Shown here in pieces: positions 28,916 through 41,200 of a stretch of 64,000 nucleotides of DNA; the stretch's first letter is position 1, and each line of letters starts with the position of its first letter. The DNA lies in the NCBI GenBank assembly GCA_964035545.1, contig OZ037771.1:7929408-7993407 (forward strand), written 5' to 3'. Both the position numbers and the translations under genes were made by a program. The DNA comes from Bugula neritina (Eukaryota; Animalia; Bryozoa). The notes beneath the pieces were generated by a model. It made no database searches, was not told the DNA's origin, and was given only the letters and a program-made list of their open reading frames with translations.

Positions 28916-29297
28916 GCATGCCAGACTTGGCTATCAGCTATATCAAAGTTGTAATGATAAGCTGTATACAAATATGTTGGTTATCACTTGTACATTATTT
29001 AACTTTACTGTAACACCGTTATCTCTAGGCCTACACTGCAATATGCTTACATATGCAAGCAGTGCATTGTGGATCATCTAATACCACATTTTGATCCTTC
29101 CTTTAGAAAATATATTTTAAATGTTCACAATTTGTTTACAAGAGTGCTGAGGGGGGGGGGGGGGCACTTGTGGATGAATGAAATAGAATTATCAGATAAA
29201 GTAAAATGGGGGGGGGGAGAGGAGGGTGAGTAGAGGAGATGGCATGGCAACATAATCTCGTAGCTATACTCTGGAATCCAAACATACCTGCACAAGC

Positions 29298-32200
29298 CTA
29301 TTTCTTGCGGGCTGGTGACCTTGACCTTGACCGCCTTCTCTTATCACGAGATCTGTGTGGTTCCGGAGATTTGCTTCTGTGCCTCCTTCTTGGGGAAGTC
29401 TGGATGAAAAAAGAAAACAATATACATACAACAGTACACACTACACATCACAGTACACATCACAGTACACACTACTCTACAGTACACAGTACAGTACATA
29501 CTACAGTACAGTACACAGTACATACTACAGTACAGTACACAGTACATACTACAGTACAGTACCCAGTACAGTACATACTACAGTACAGTACACACTACAG
29601 TATATACTACAGTACAGTACACAATACAGTACACACTACAGTATACACTACAGTACATCTTATATAAAAGTGTCTACTGTGAGACACACTAGAGTATATA
29701 CCTCTGCTGTCTGGTCTACACTTGCTCCATGTTTACACAGTGAGGGCAACATAACTGAGCAGTATGTTAATGTAATGGTATTTACTGAACTTGTATAATC
29801 AACATGCTACATGTACACAGGGAAGGCAGGGGTGAGGAATGTAGACACATTAATGGCTTTCAGTTCAAACAAACAATGGAGGGGGCATTGGTGACAGTAT
29901 TCTACTATATATAATAACACACAGGCCTGTAGCACATCTACTCTATAATGTAGTTATATAATATAGATATGTAATACAATTATATAATATAGATATGTAA
30001 TACAAATACACACAACGATTAGACAACAGTAATATATAATATAAATACACAACATAAATAATTATATAAATGTATAACAAAACCAAAACCAAATCATCAG
30101 GTGAGGTGAGAAGTGCCATTATCTTGACCTTTGCAATGGTCTAAAAGGCTAACCTGCCGGCTAGTTGTAGAACGAGATCCATGGACAGATGAAGTGTTGG
30201 GAGACGCATGGCGTTCCCGTCCACCAGAATCTCTAGCTATCCTGGAACCTCTGTTCTGCTCACCTAGATAACAAATTGATGCAGCTTTGATGGGCAGCTG
30301 CTGGGGTGATCAGCATGAAAGTAGGAGATGATTATGAAAGGGTTTCTGTCCACTTAGCCCAGAGTAACAGTTACATGTCCTACAACTTATTATTACCATG
30401 GCTGAGCCCAGAATAGAAACAAAAATACTGGAGCAAAAGAATGATGACAGAGAAGTATAAACATGACATGATAATAACATAACATGAGAGAGAATACAGT
30501 CACATTGACAGATACTAAGACAATTGTGTTTACATCGGTGCTTACAATAAAAATGGAAACTTACCCTGCACTTGAGCATTAAATCTGTCATCACTTCTCC
30601 CAGAATTGGCTACAAAAACATAAATAACTTTTGGTACTCAAATACCACCACCAAGATTTAGGATATTCAACCACATTCAAGGCCAGTGGAACTGCCAGAT
30701 GCAACTTAGTTGTGATATTTTCTTGCCAAGTGACCCTAGTGAAACAGAAGGAAAGGCAGCATTTGCTGACAACATCTTCTACAGAGCAGCGAACTCCGAC
30801 CACCTAGTGACTAATTGACAGCATATTTAAGATGATATTCATTTAAATATCTATGCTGTGTTTCATAACTTTCACTTAACAAATAATAGAGAAGTAATCT
30901 ATGACACAGTTAGAAAGGGAAAACTTAAGGCATACATAAACTGGTTTATAAGTATGAGTAATGCAGGTATGTAGGTATTCCATTTCAGGAAGCAAGCGTG
31001 CAGAATTTATGAGTGAAAATATCAACTCTGTGTCATTCTGTAGATCACTATTATTTAAAAGAGAGTGCCAGTTGTACAACAAAGTGAGATGTGCTTTACA
31101 TAATACAGCTTACGAAAACATTTCTGTTTGGCACATCAATTTGAGAGCAGACAACTACCATAGTAGCCTAACCCGAGTTTACTTTAGATATTTATTTTGC
31201 CTCTTTAAGATACTTTTCACACTCCAGATAACAGTATATTTTCTTATAGTATACCAGACTATATTACACTATACTATACTGCACTACACTACACTACTCA
31301 ATACTATATTACATTATACTATTAACTATACAGTATTACACCACACTATGCTATACTGTATTACACCACACTATGCTATACTGTATTACACTACACTACA
31401 TTGTATTACACTACACTACACTACATTGTATCACACTATACTATTACACAGCTAGAAAGATAGGTCATCCTTTGTCACACTGTAACTATTTATTCAACCT
31501 GTACAGGAAGCCAGCTCTTCCTATACAGTATCTACTCTACACTGTATTGCTTAGCGCCACCTAAGAAGCTTTACATTTCCATTAATTCTTTGTCATTGAT
31601 AAAAAGTTGTTAGCAGTTTCCATTCACTAAATAAATGGGATATTTGCCACCACTATCCAATGTCATATGACTCCAAACAATACAAGGAAACTGGGAATAT
31701 CTCTCACTTTACACATAACGTTGGGAACATTTTATTTTTAAAAGGTTATAATAACAAACTGCAAAACTTCTTAATACTAGCAAATTAATTTGTATAATGC
31801 ATATGCAAATGGCAAAGACTGCATGCACATAATAATAAGTCTACTAAATAAAACTCTGACTAGAAAAGAATGTTTGTCACATGACTAGTCATGTGACCGG
31901 AACAGAATGTTGGTCACATTTACTAGTCATGACTCAAGTAAGTACAGATTATGAATATATTATCAAATTGTTTTAATTACATGCTAATACTGTTTTCATT
32001 AAACCAATCACCACCAAATTTGAATTAGGGGAGAGGGAACTATTACTAAAAATAAGCGTTATTTACATATTATAAACGACATCTATTAGTGAAATACCAG
32101 TTAGTACAACTTAGCCTATATTCTTGCTTTATCACAGTCTAGATTCCTACTCTATGATAGCCTATATTCTAAACCTAGCAATCATAGTCTACAGCATAGC

Positions 32201-35200
32201 CTATATTCTTGGCATATATCACACGAGGCTCAAAGTTGAAAAATTTTACTGTCCACAAGTAAAAGCCTTTGCCTCTATTCTAAATGGTACATTTACTGAA
32301 GGTCCATTGCTGCAGCAAAAGCAGACTAAGGATTATTTAGTGCTGAAGTACGGAAGTGACCTGGATGCAGGGTGGTAACTTGAGTTAGCAAGTGAATGAA
32401 TGAAAACTTAGGCCTATTGCACAATAAAGCTGGTAATTCCAAGAATAGCAACTTTCCCCCACATCACTGCATGTTACTAACTCTACAAAACTTCAGCTTC
32501 AAATTCCCAAGAGAAATTTGACACAGTGGGCACAGCTAGTTCACCTCTTAAGCTGGACTGAGTTTCCTTATTGCAGTGCCTGAGATGAGAGTTACAAGAA
32601 AGTTGATGATTTTAAATTTCAACCTTTTGTTCAAGCTATATTATGAAAAAAAATCCAATCAAAAGTTGAGAAAAAACTGATGTTAGACTTACAGCAAATA
32701 GCACAGAGTAAAGTGAACATATTACCACAATTCAAGTGTAGAATCATTGAACTTATTTAAATCATCCAAATTTAAAAGCAATTTATCATAAATTCTAAAC
32801 AAAATTTCATTTCATGAAAATAAAAGAAATAAAACCAACAGCGGTTATAAGGGCTGGAATCCCTAGAATCATTGAAAGTTCTGAGTTGTTTACCAAAATA
32901 TATTACTAATAGCAATTTGTGATATATGGCTTTAGAAAATAGGTGTTAGTCACTTGACAATGTCATACGTGAGGATACAATAGTTGGACTGCATCTCGGC
33001 TATTCAAGTGATTAGATTGACTAGGAAGAATTATTTTCACCCACATATTTCCATATTTGTTAAAGAAGCTCTGCGTTAGTCATTCACAGAGATAGACAGC
33101 CACCATCCATCCACATAAATCACCAACTGCAGAGCGTAAGCCAATAAGTGTCTGCCCAGCTCACACTTGGGTAGAGAAGAGAGGCCGAAGCAAGAAAAGT
33201 TGAGATAACAAACTGCATAGCGACAATAGGGAGGTGTGAGTATGACAAGCATGCACAATAGAGAAGACTGTCAAAAAGAAGGAATCGAGTATTTATCTAC
33301 TTCCTGTTTCTCTCAACTCAGTCACACTATTCACAGACAGGCTTGACATGAGGCAGGCATAGAAAATATCTCATTCCAAGTGTTATCTGTAGGCACTGTG
33401 ATAGCTGCTCAAGCAATTTAATTCAACCTATGCCTTTTGCCCTCCCCAAAAACCCATTGCTTTGTTCCACTTGCTTCTATATTAAATTTTATAAATCACA
33501 AGATGCAACAATTAACGGACTTTTTGAAAGAATAATACATTAGTCATCATCTTATAGGCTACTAATGATATGGATAATTTTGTTATATACTAGTATTATA
33601 TTACTCTTAGATTTTCAGGATAAAATTTTACCAACTAATATCTACAGAAAACTCAGTGTATATGTCACAGTTACAGGTTTAGAGTGCGTAAAAGATAAGG
33701 TTCCAGTAAGAAAATTCTGGCCATGACTCATCTCTCTCATGACTCATACGTTACATACAGGACATGAGCTCGGTAGCATACCAGCTAACAGTATGGTAGC
33801 TCATACTATCGCAGCTCAAGATGAATGGATTTCAAAACCTTACAACTGACTGCATGACTATAGCAAGACTTTCTCACCATATTTATTATATTCCACGTCC
33901 ACCTTTTCATCCTTCACACTTGCATATTTACTACCATGTCTCTTGAAGTCCGCCCTCTCCACATCTCTGTACTCTTTCCTTCCCTAAATTTGCCAAACAA
34001 TAGCATAATAAGTTGGATTTAGAATTTTTTTTTATAAAATAGAAAACGTGCAGCATTTGGTAAACAAAATCACTAAACTCTCTATGCATCTAGAACCAAT
34101 CTTATTGCAGGGCTGTAATGGTAAAGAAAGTTTTGGCGCGGTGGCTGATATTGAGTTTAAGTTAATTTTACGGACAAGATTTATATCTGGTCATGCAGGG
34201 TACATACCAAATGGAGTGCGGCTAAAATACAAGGAAAGGTATTCTCTTATTCACAGTTAAATAATTGTTTGCCAAGTTAAGCCTCTTTTATAATCTCCAA
34301 ATCCTTTGACATGGAACATCCATCTATTAGGATAATTACTCTAAAAATTATTTAATGTTCCGCTTGTTTTATTATTTTATTATATGCACATCCTGGTGGC
34401 AGAGCTACAAGTGCACATAATATAGTATGCTTATGTTATATACTCGTGTTCGTTTTACTCTGGTACATAACGTGTACATTCAGTTGTGTATATATTGATA
34501 CATAACATGTATGTTCATTTATGTATATATTGTTACACAACATGTATGTTCATTTATGTATGCTCTGATAAATAATGTATATGTATTTCTAAGTATTCGT
34601 GTATCTATGAGTATGTATAATACATGGAAGAAAAGATAGAAAAGCTACACACTCATTTCCTTAATCTTGTAAACCCCAGGACTTATATATGCTATTTCCT
34701 TACATTAAGCAGGAAACAAACAACGTGCATCTGCATGCATACTCAAGAGAAATTACTGCAAGTTTACAACTCTGGCAAATGTCTCTTATGATGTACACAC
34801 CACAGCTGGTGGGCCGTGCCTGTTACCATCTAGTTTTTAAACTTTACATTTCAGTGTAAAAAGTTGCCTCCACTTTCTATTGAATTCTCCTGATAATGCA
34901 AACACAAGCTGCTTGGAGAAGTGTTGAAGTACAAATTCTCCACGACCAAAATATTTCAATGTGATAATTTACTCCAGAAAGTCTTAATTTCAAACAGCAG
35001 AAAAGCGATTAATGAAATAGTAGCTACAATCATGACGGTCAGTAGTGACGTTTTCTTCTGTTTGCTGAATAAAAACAACAGCTAAGAACTCTACTTCCAT
35101 AATTGATGAAAAAATTAACCAGACTTTAGTGTTTTTTTTGGGCAATTGAAGGCGTGAGAATAAATAAAGATTCCAGCAATGATTGAGTCAGAAGTTCATG

Positions 35201-38200
35201 ACTGCCAAGTTCTAAATTCAGACTCCGCACTATATTTAGCAATAATAAATTATCTCAAAGTTTAGAGGAAAAGAAAACAGGCTGTAAAAGTGGATGCTGA
35301 TGGTAAGCAGGTACGTATTAGTTTGTTGAATGCATCATTATTGCCATATTAATGAGGCTTTGCATCTGAACTTTCCATGAGAATGCAAACCATCAAGTGG
35401 TAATGCGATTACTTACCACAAAGATTTCTAATTATTAATTGTGATTTCTCTAATCTATTGCAAATATTTCCATAATTGAAGTCTAACTTTAGATGAGCCA
35501 AGTTGAGAATTTAAAAACAGTGAAAGTCATTGATTTGGAATTTGAATTAACACAATCTGAGCTGGATATGACTAAAGTTCAAGAGCGGCAAAATTCAAAA
35601 CTGTCTCGTTGCCCGATCAGCTGTTTTGCTTTACCAGGTGCGTTCTACAAGCAAACACGTTTATCTGCAGCTGACCTGCTCTTTCTTGTCTGACTTTTCT
35701 TCAGCCCCAATCTCCTTTTTTATCTTCTCTTTTTTCTTTTTCTTTTCTTTCTTTTCACTTTTCCTCTTTTTCTCTAGTGTGCACACAAATAAAAAATGAT
35801 TAGTAGGTAATTGCTTAATTAGTGAATACCAGGAATGTGACCACCTAATAACTCACCTTCAAAGTTCAAACTCATTCTAAATAATATTCACAAAAACAGG
35901 TGAAAATTTCTTTGTGCACGGCTCTGTTTTGACTGCTGATTTTACTGCCGAAATTAAGAACAAGCTCATCATGTTTCTATTTTTAGAAACATTTGGCATT
36001 AAATTTCAGCAGTTGGCTATTAATAGCACAATGGGTGAGTTTTTTGCTGCTAAATGTGGTTAAATTTTATAGAGTATGATTCAGTTGCTGCCGGCTGTAG
36101 TGATTTGCCTTTGAAGGCATCACACATGATTCAGAGCTTCTATAAATATAGCATCCATTTGTGGCACTTGTAAGGAGCCCCCTACTGCAAAATATAACAT
36201 AGACATGTCCTCAAGCTATTTTTGGCAACTTTGTTTTACACAACTGCTGCCCTAAAGATAAAAAATGTATTAGTTTGTGAGAATAGACTTGGCTTTAAAA
36301 GTAAATAGACGCACAAAGGGAGAGAGTTAAGACTAGTAGACACACATTTTAAATACCATAATATCCTAATGTAAACCCAGACAACGTATTCTAAGAAACA
36401 AAGGGGAACAAAATTTTGCTAGTGAAGCTGCAGGAATGTTATATTATATAACATTGGAGTAGAAACAGTATCTCACCATAATAACATGCAAGTAGATCAC
36501 AGAGTGGTGTAGTGATGGTGGATGGAGAGGGGAGATAATGTACACAGAGTATATATGTATATACAGAGTAGAAATGTATATACAGGGTGTAGAGATGTAT
36601 ACACAGAGAGTATATAATATGTATATACAGAGTAGAAATGTATATGCAGAGAGTATATATGTATATACAGGGTGTATAGAAGACGGATATTTCATATGAA
36701 AACTTCAGGATGTATTCATAGCAAATATTACTTTATAATTTTCTCTCTCAGACTTGCAGATCACATGATTCAACTTTTTAGCAGCCAGAAGAGCAATTTA
36801 AATATTCTGTATAAATAAACTGCATTCCCCAACTTTTGTAATACTTCCTTAAAACTCAACAGTGAAGTTCATTAGCATGGTCCATGTAACAGGAAGCAGT
36901 CATATGATTGTATGACATTGTTGGGTCAATAGCTGGTATGGCATATTTATAATGTGTCACACTATTAAGTGATGTACACCAAATAAAATTATTTCTTAGT
37001 TTGTATAGTAGTTGGTATGGTACATTTAATACTGCTTGCTGATAAATTGTATTGCAACAGGAAATTCACTATCTCATAGACAACATATGGCCAAATTTAT
37101 TCACAGTTTTACAAATTATTATGACTTATCTTCTCATGACAACTATACACCTCGATGTAGGTTTCTATATTATTTACTCGAAGAAAATAGTTTTATCAGC
37201 TTTAAAAATTAGTAACTTTACTGCATTATATCGATTTATCAGTTAGAGCAAACTGTAGTTAGATAAGTATAGAGTAGTAGAGGGCAATATTTTACAGCAG
37301 TAAGCAGTAGTGAGTAATACTGAGTGGTATGTCGTATATAGTACCAATGAGTAATTGTGAGTAGTAGTATGTAGTATTGAGTAGTAATAAGTAGTGAGTA
37401 ATAGTGAGTTATAGTGACTCATGTATTGCTTGATCTCTTATATCGGAGTTATGTCTCTTGGTTTGGAGCACCTACACGTACCTCAGATGCTCATTTATTC
37501 ACAGGTACATTTAGTAGTTTGGTTGACTGCCAACAAGCACTAGGATATCCTTGAAACTAGCAGAGCTCCCCTAGCAAGTATGTGACTAGTGTACTGTGCA
37601 CACTCTCACTTCCTGTACAGTCACCAGCTCTGAGTACTATCACACTAGCACTCATATCTTAACCTCTCAACTGTAGCAGTTCAAATAAACTGCAAGTGAA
37701 ACTGATTTGGGGAAAACTAGATGGTGCAGACCTTAGACTACCTATCAATCAGTTTATAACCTGTTGAAGTATTGGTACTTACTTTAAACTAAAACAAAAA
37801 GTTGCTTAACTTTTTCCATGCCACCAGCATTTAGTGCATAGTGAGTGGTACTGGGTAATAGTGAGTGGAACTGAGTGATAGTGAGTGGTACTGAGTGGTA
37901 CTCAGTAATAGTGAGTAATAGTGAGTAATAGTGAGTAGTACTGAGTAATAGTGAATGGTACCGAGTAGTACTGAATGGGTAATAAGCAGTAGCTTGTAGC
38001 CCACTAACATTTAAATTGAAAAAAAAGTTGCCGACATTTTTTCAAGTGCATATTGTTGGTTGCAGAACAAACTGTTTTCAGTATTTTGAATTTAAACTTC
38101 AAGTATCTTAAATTTAAAAATATTACAAGTATGTGAAAGGAGTGGATCCATGCAAACAACTCTAAAGGTACTCACTTTTAGGTAGCAGAAACTCCTCATC

Positions 38201-41200
38201 TCCACCACTATCTGAAGGAGTGAGAGGACGGGGCGCTATGCCCTCCGCCCTCACTGCTTTGGTTACCTCATCTATATTCTTGTCATCTTGATCAGGAGGC
38301 TTATAGTCTTTAACATGGTCCACTCGTATGGTACGTTGCAATATCTAGAGCAGAAAATAGCACACTTACAGTGAAAGGGGTGTACTTACAGTGAAAGGGG
38401 TATACTTACAGTGAAAGGGGTGTACTTAGAGTAGAAGGGGTGTAGTTACAGTAGAAGGGGTGTAGTTACAGTAGAAGGGACACAATAGTGTTTAATCTCA
38501 TAGACTGATGTTAAATTAATACACAATATTTTATACACATTTCAATACTGCAACTGCTGCTACAACTGCTCCTATTATTATCATTGTTTTCATTGAAAAT
38601 ACACGATTAATGATAAGAATACATATGATAGAGTATATATTCTTAAAACATAGAATATGTAGTTCAATCATGACAAAAGCAATAATTCCACTAGAAAAAA
38701 TTAATTGTAACTGAAGACCAGCTCTACTCCAAGTAGATGGTTCCATGCATGAAGCCTGAGCTAGAAATATTTTCTACTTTGCCTACTCGTTAAATTTTTA
38801 AATTACCAATTTGACAGAAATATGTTGAAATGACTGTCGACAAGGCTATAGCTAGTGCAGTAATTATGGTCAAAATGGTTTTATAAACTGAGTGTAATTA
38901 GCTATCAGCTTACAGAAAATAATTGTGAATTTAAAAAAAATTAAATAATAAAAATCATTTCAAAACTATTTTTTATGGGGAAATTTTAAATTAACCAACA
39001 ATTACAGAACTTGTTAAGATTTAAATTCAACAACCTAAATTAAGTGATTCAATGCATCTTTGCTGAACACTACAGCAAATGTGGTTAAGCATGCTAACTG
39101 CATAAACAAGTTAAAAATAAATATCTCTAATCAAACCTGGAATAGAAATATTGTATATTCTCTATTAAACTAGGAGTAGTAGAGTTTAAGAAGCAGAGAT
39201 TTGTTACTGTTATTGTTATATAGACTATAAAACTTCTGTACTCTGCTGACCAATACTGAGCTTGCACAACTCATAATAATCTAATACACTTAATACACAG
39301 TGTGGTAACATGTGACTCAAGGAAGTTAATGATCTGCAATATTTTATGGGGGGGGGGGGGGTGTTCGTAAAATAGGTAAAGGATAAATTCTAATAGCCTA
39401 GAGTTTTAACTTACTATAACTACGTAATATGTAGATAGAATATAACTTACTATAACTATGTAATATGTAGATAGAATATAACTTACTATAACTATGTAAT
39501 ACACAGATAGAATATAATTTACTATAACTATGTAATATATAATATTTAAGTAGAATTTTCACAAGAAAATAACTTCTTTGGTCAGACTTGTGAAATTCCT
39601 GTAATGCTGCACCTGTAGTTGGACTCTCAAACCCAAACTGCATCATCATGATCATATTGATGTAACACTTATACCATACAGACAGTTGTTAATTCTCAGA
39701 AGCTTTAATTTTGCAAAAGATTTATAAAAAAAATTAGCTAGAACTTGATAGACACACAAATAGAGTGTCACTATAAAGTTATATAGCTTCAACCACAAGA
39801 CGGCTATTACAATGGCGCAGATGACAGTATATTTGCCCATGTACATTCTCCCATTCCTAATCTGGTGAGGAAATGCAAACATAACTAAATTAATTAAATT
39901 TTAATATTAATGATAAGCTTTTATTAGATTAGTTAATTATGTTTTATTTTAAATTAAATAGATAGTAAGTGTATTTGGATGGATGGGAATGATGTAAGGA
40001 AGCCACATGATATATAATAAGGTCATTAGCAAGTGCAGTGGATGCTGTATAGGACAGTGGCCGCCTACCTTGATAAATATGTCACCAAATATCTTACACT
40101 CCTAACCTCTTCTAATATATGATAATCTTTAAGGTCGTTGGAGATTAGGAAACCCTTAGGCAATCAGAAATAAAGCCCTTTCATTAATTAATTAATTAGT
40201 TAACTTCTTAGCCTTAGGCTTTTGAGATAAATGAGAGATAGAATGGGCACAGCCCATAGGTCACATACCACTTTCAAAGATATAACTGAGCTATCGACAC
40301 TGATAGACAATGGGCCACCAAGCAAGTGCAATGAGAAATCTTGTATGTAAGCTTGCATAGATTACGAGAAGATGCTTTCATAGAGATGGATAACTAATAC
40401 ACAATGTAGAACATGTACTCCTACAGCTACAGTCAGTACTACTGTAACAGTATCCTTCTCTTGCACATTTTGTGTGGAGATAAACGCAACAACTCTAATC
40501 AGTAATCATTTTCACATTTATGCTGCATTAATATTACACAACTATCAGGTGGTTACATGCATCCTTTTACTATCAACAGTGGAAGAAATATAGTGTTGCT
40601 GCAATAAGAGGGGGGGGGGTGGTAGAAGAGAAGAAGGGCACGCACTAGAACAGCAGCTATACAGGTACCTGCTGGCACATGGCCAATGTATTGGTGTGTC
40701 AGAAACACAGTAGGTTAGCAGGAGAGCAACAGTTGAAGGTCTGTTCACCTTAAAATGCTCCTTTTCAACAAGCATAGTAGCTTGTGGCCATCACTATTTT
40801 TAAAAATGGGTGAAGTTTCAAATGTGGTAGGTTTGAATGTACCTATGAGTCAACTAAATTTGGCTGATCAGTTTAAAAATTACCCACATTATATAATATG
40901 ATAATGAATAAGTCCTTAGCCTGCTTTAATAAAAACCCTTTTCCATTAGGGGTTCTCACAGGGATAGTGAAAATAAACTTGTGTGAGTTTATATAAAATG
41001 TGTTGTAACAGGTTCATTTCCTCACAGCATTCACTGTAAATGAAATTTGTGCTAATTTGTGCAAATAAAAAGAGTGCAGCACAAGTCGTTTCCTTATATT
41101 TCTATCAAACACATCAACTTTCACTAACAAGAAAATACGTGTGTCAAAAACAGTGCTAGCTCCATACGTGTATCCAATTTTAAGGCTGCAGTTTCAATAG

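Noticed and set aside
29239-29798. Plus-strand ORFs of 142-147 aa
   Set aside because: Antisense shadow of the RBMX2 RS exon plus a pentamer repeat.
39582-39649. Candidate intronic C/D snoRNA on the minus strand (ATGATGA...CTGA, 68 nt)
   Set aside because: No terminal stem, no convincing C'/D' boxes, and the possible 18S complementarity is poorly registered to box D; snoscan or Infernal would be needed.
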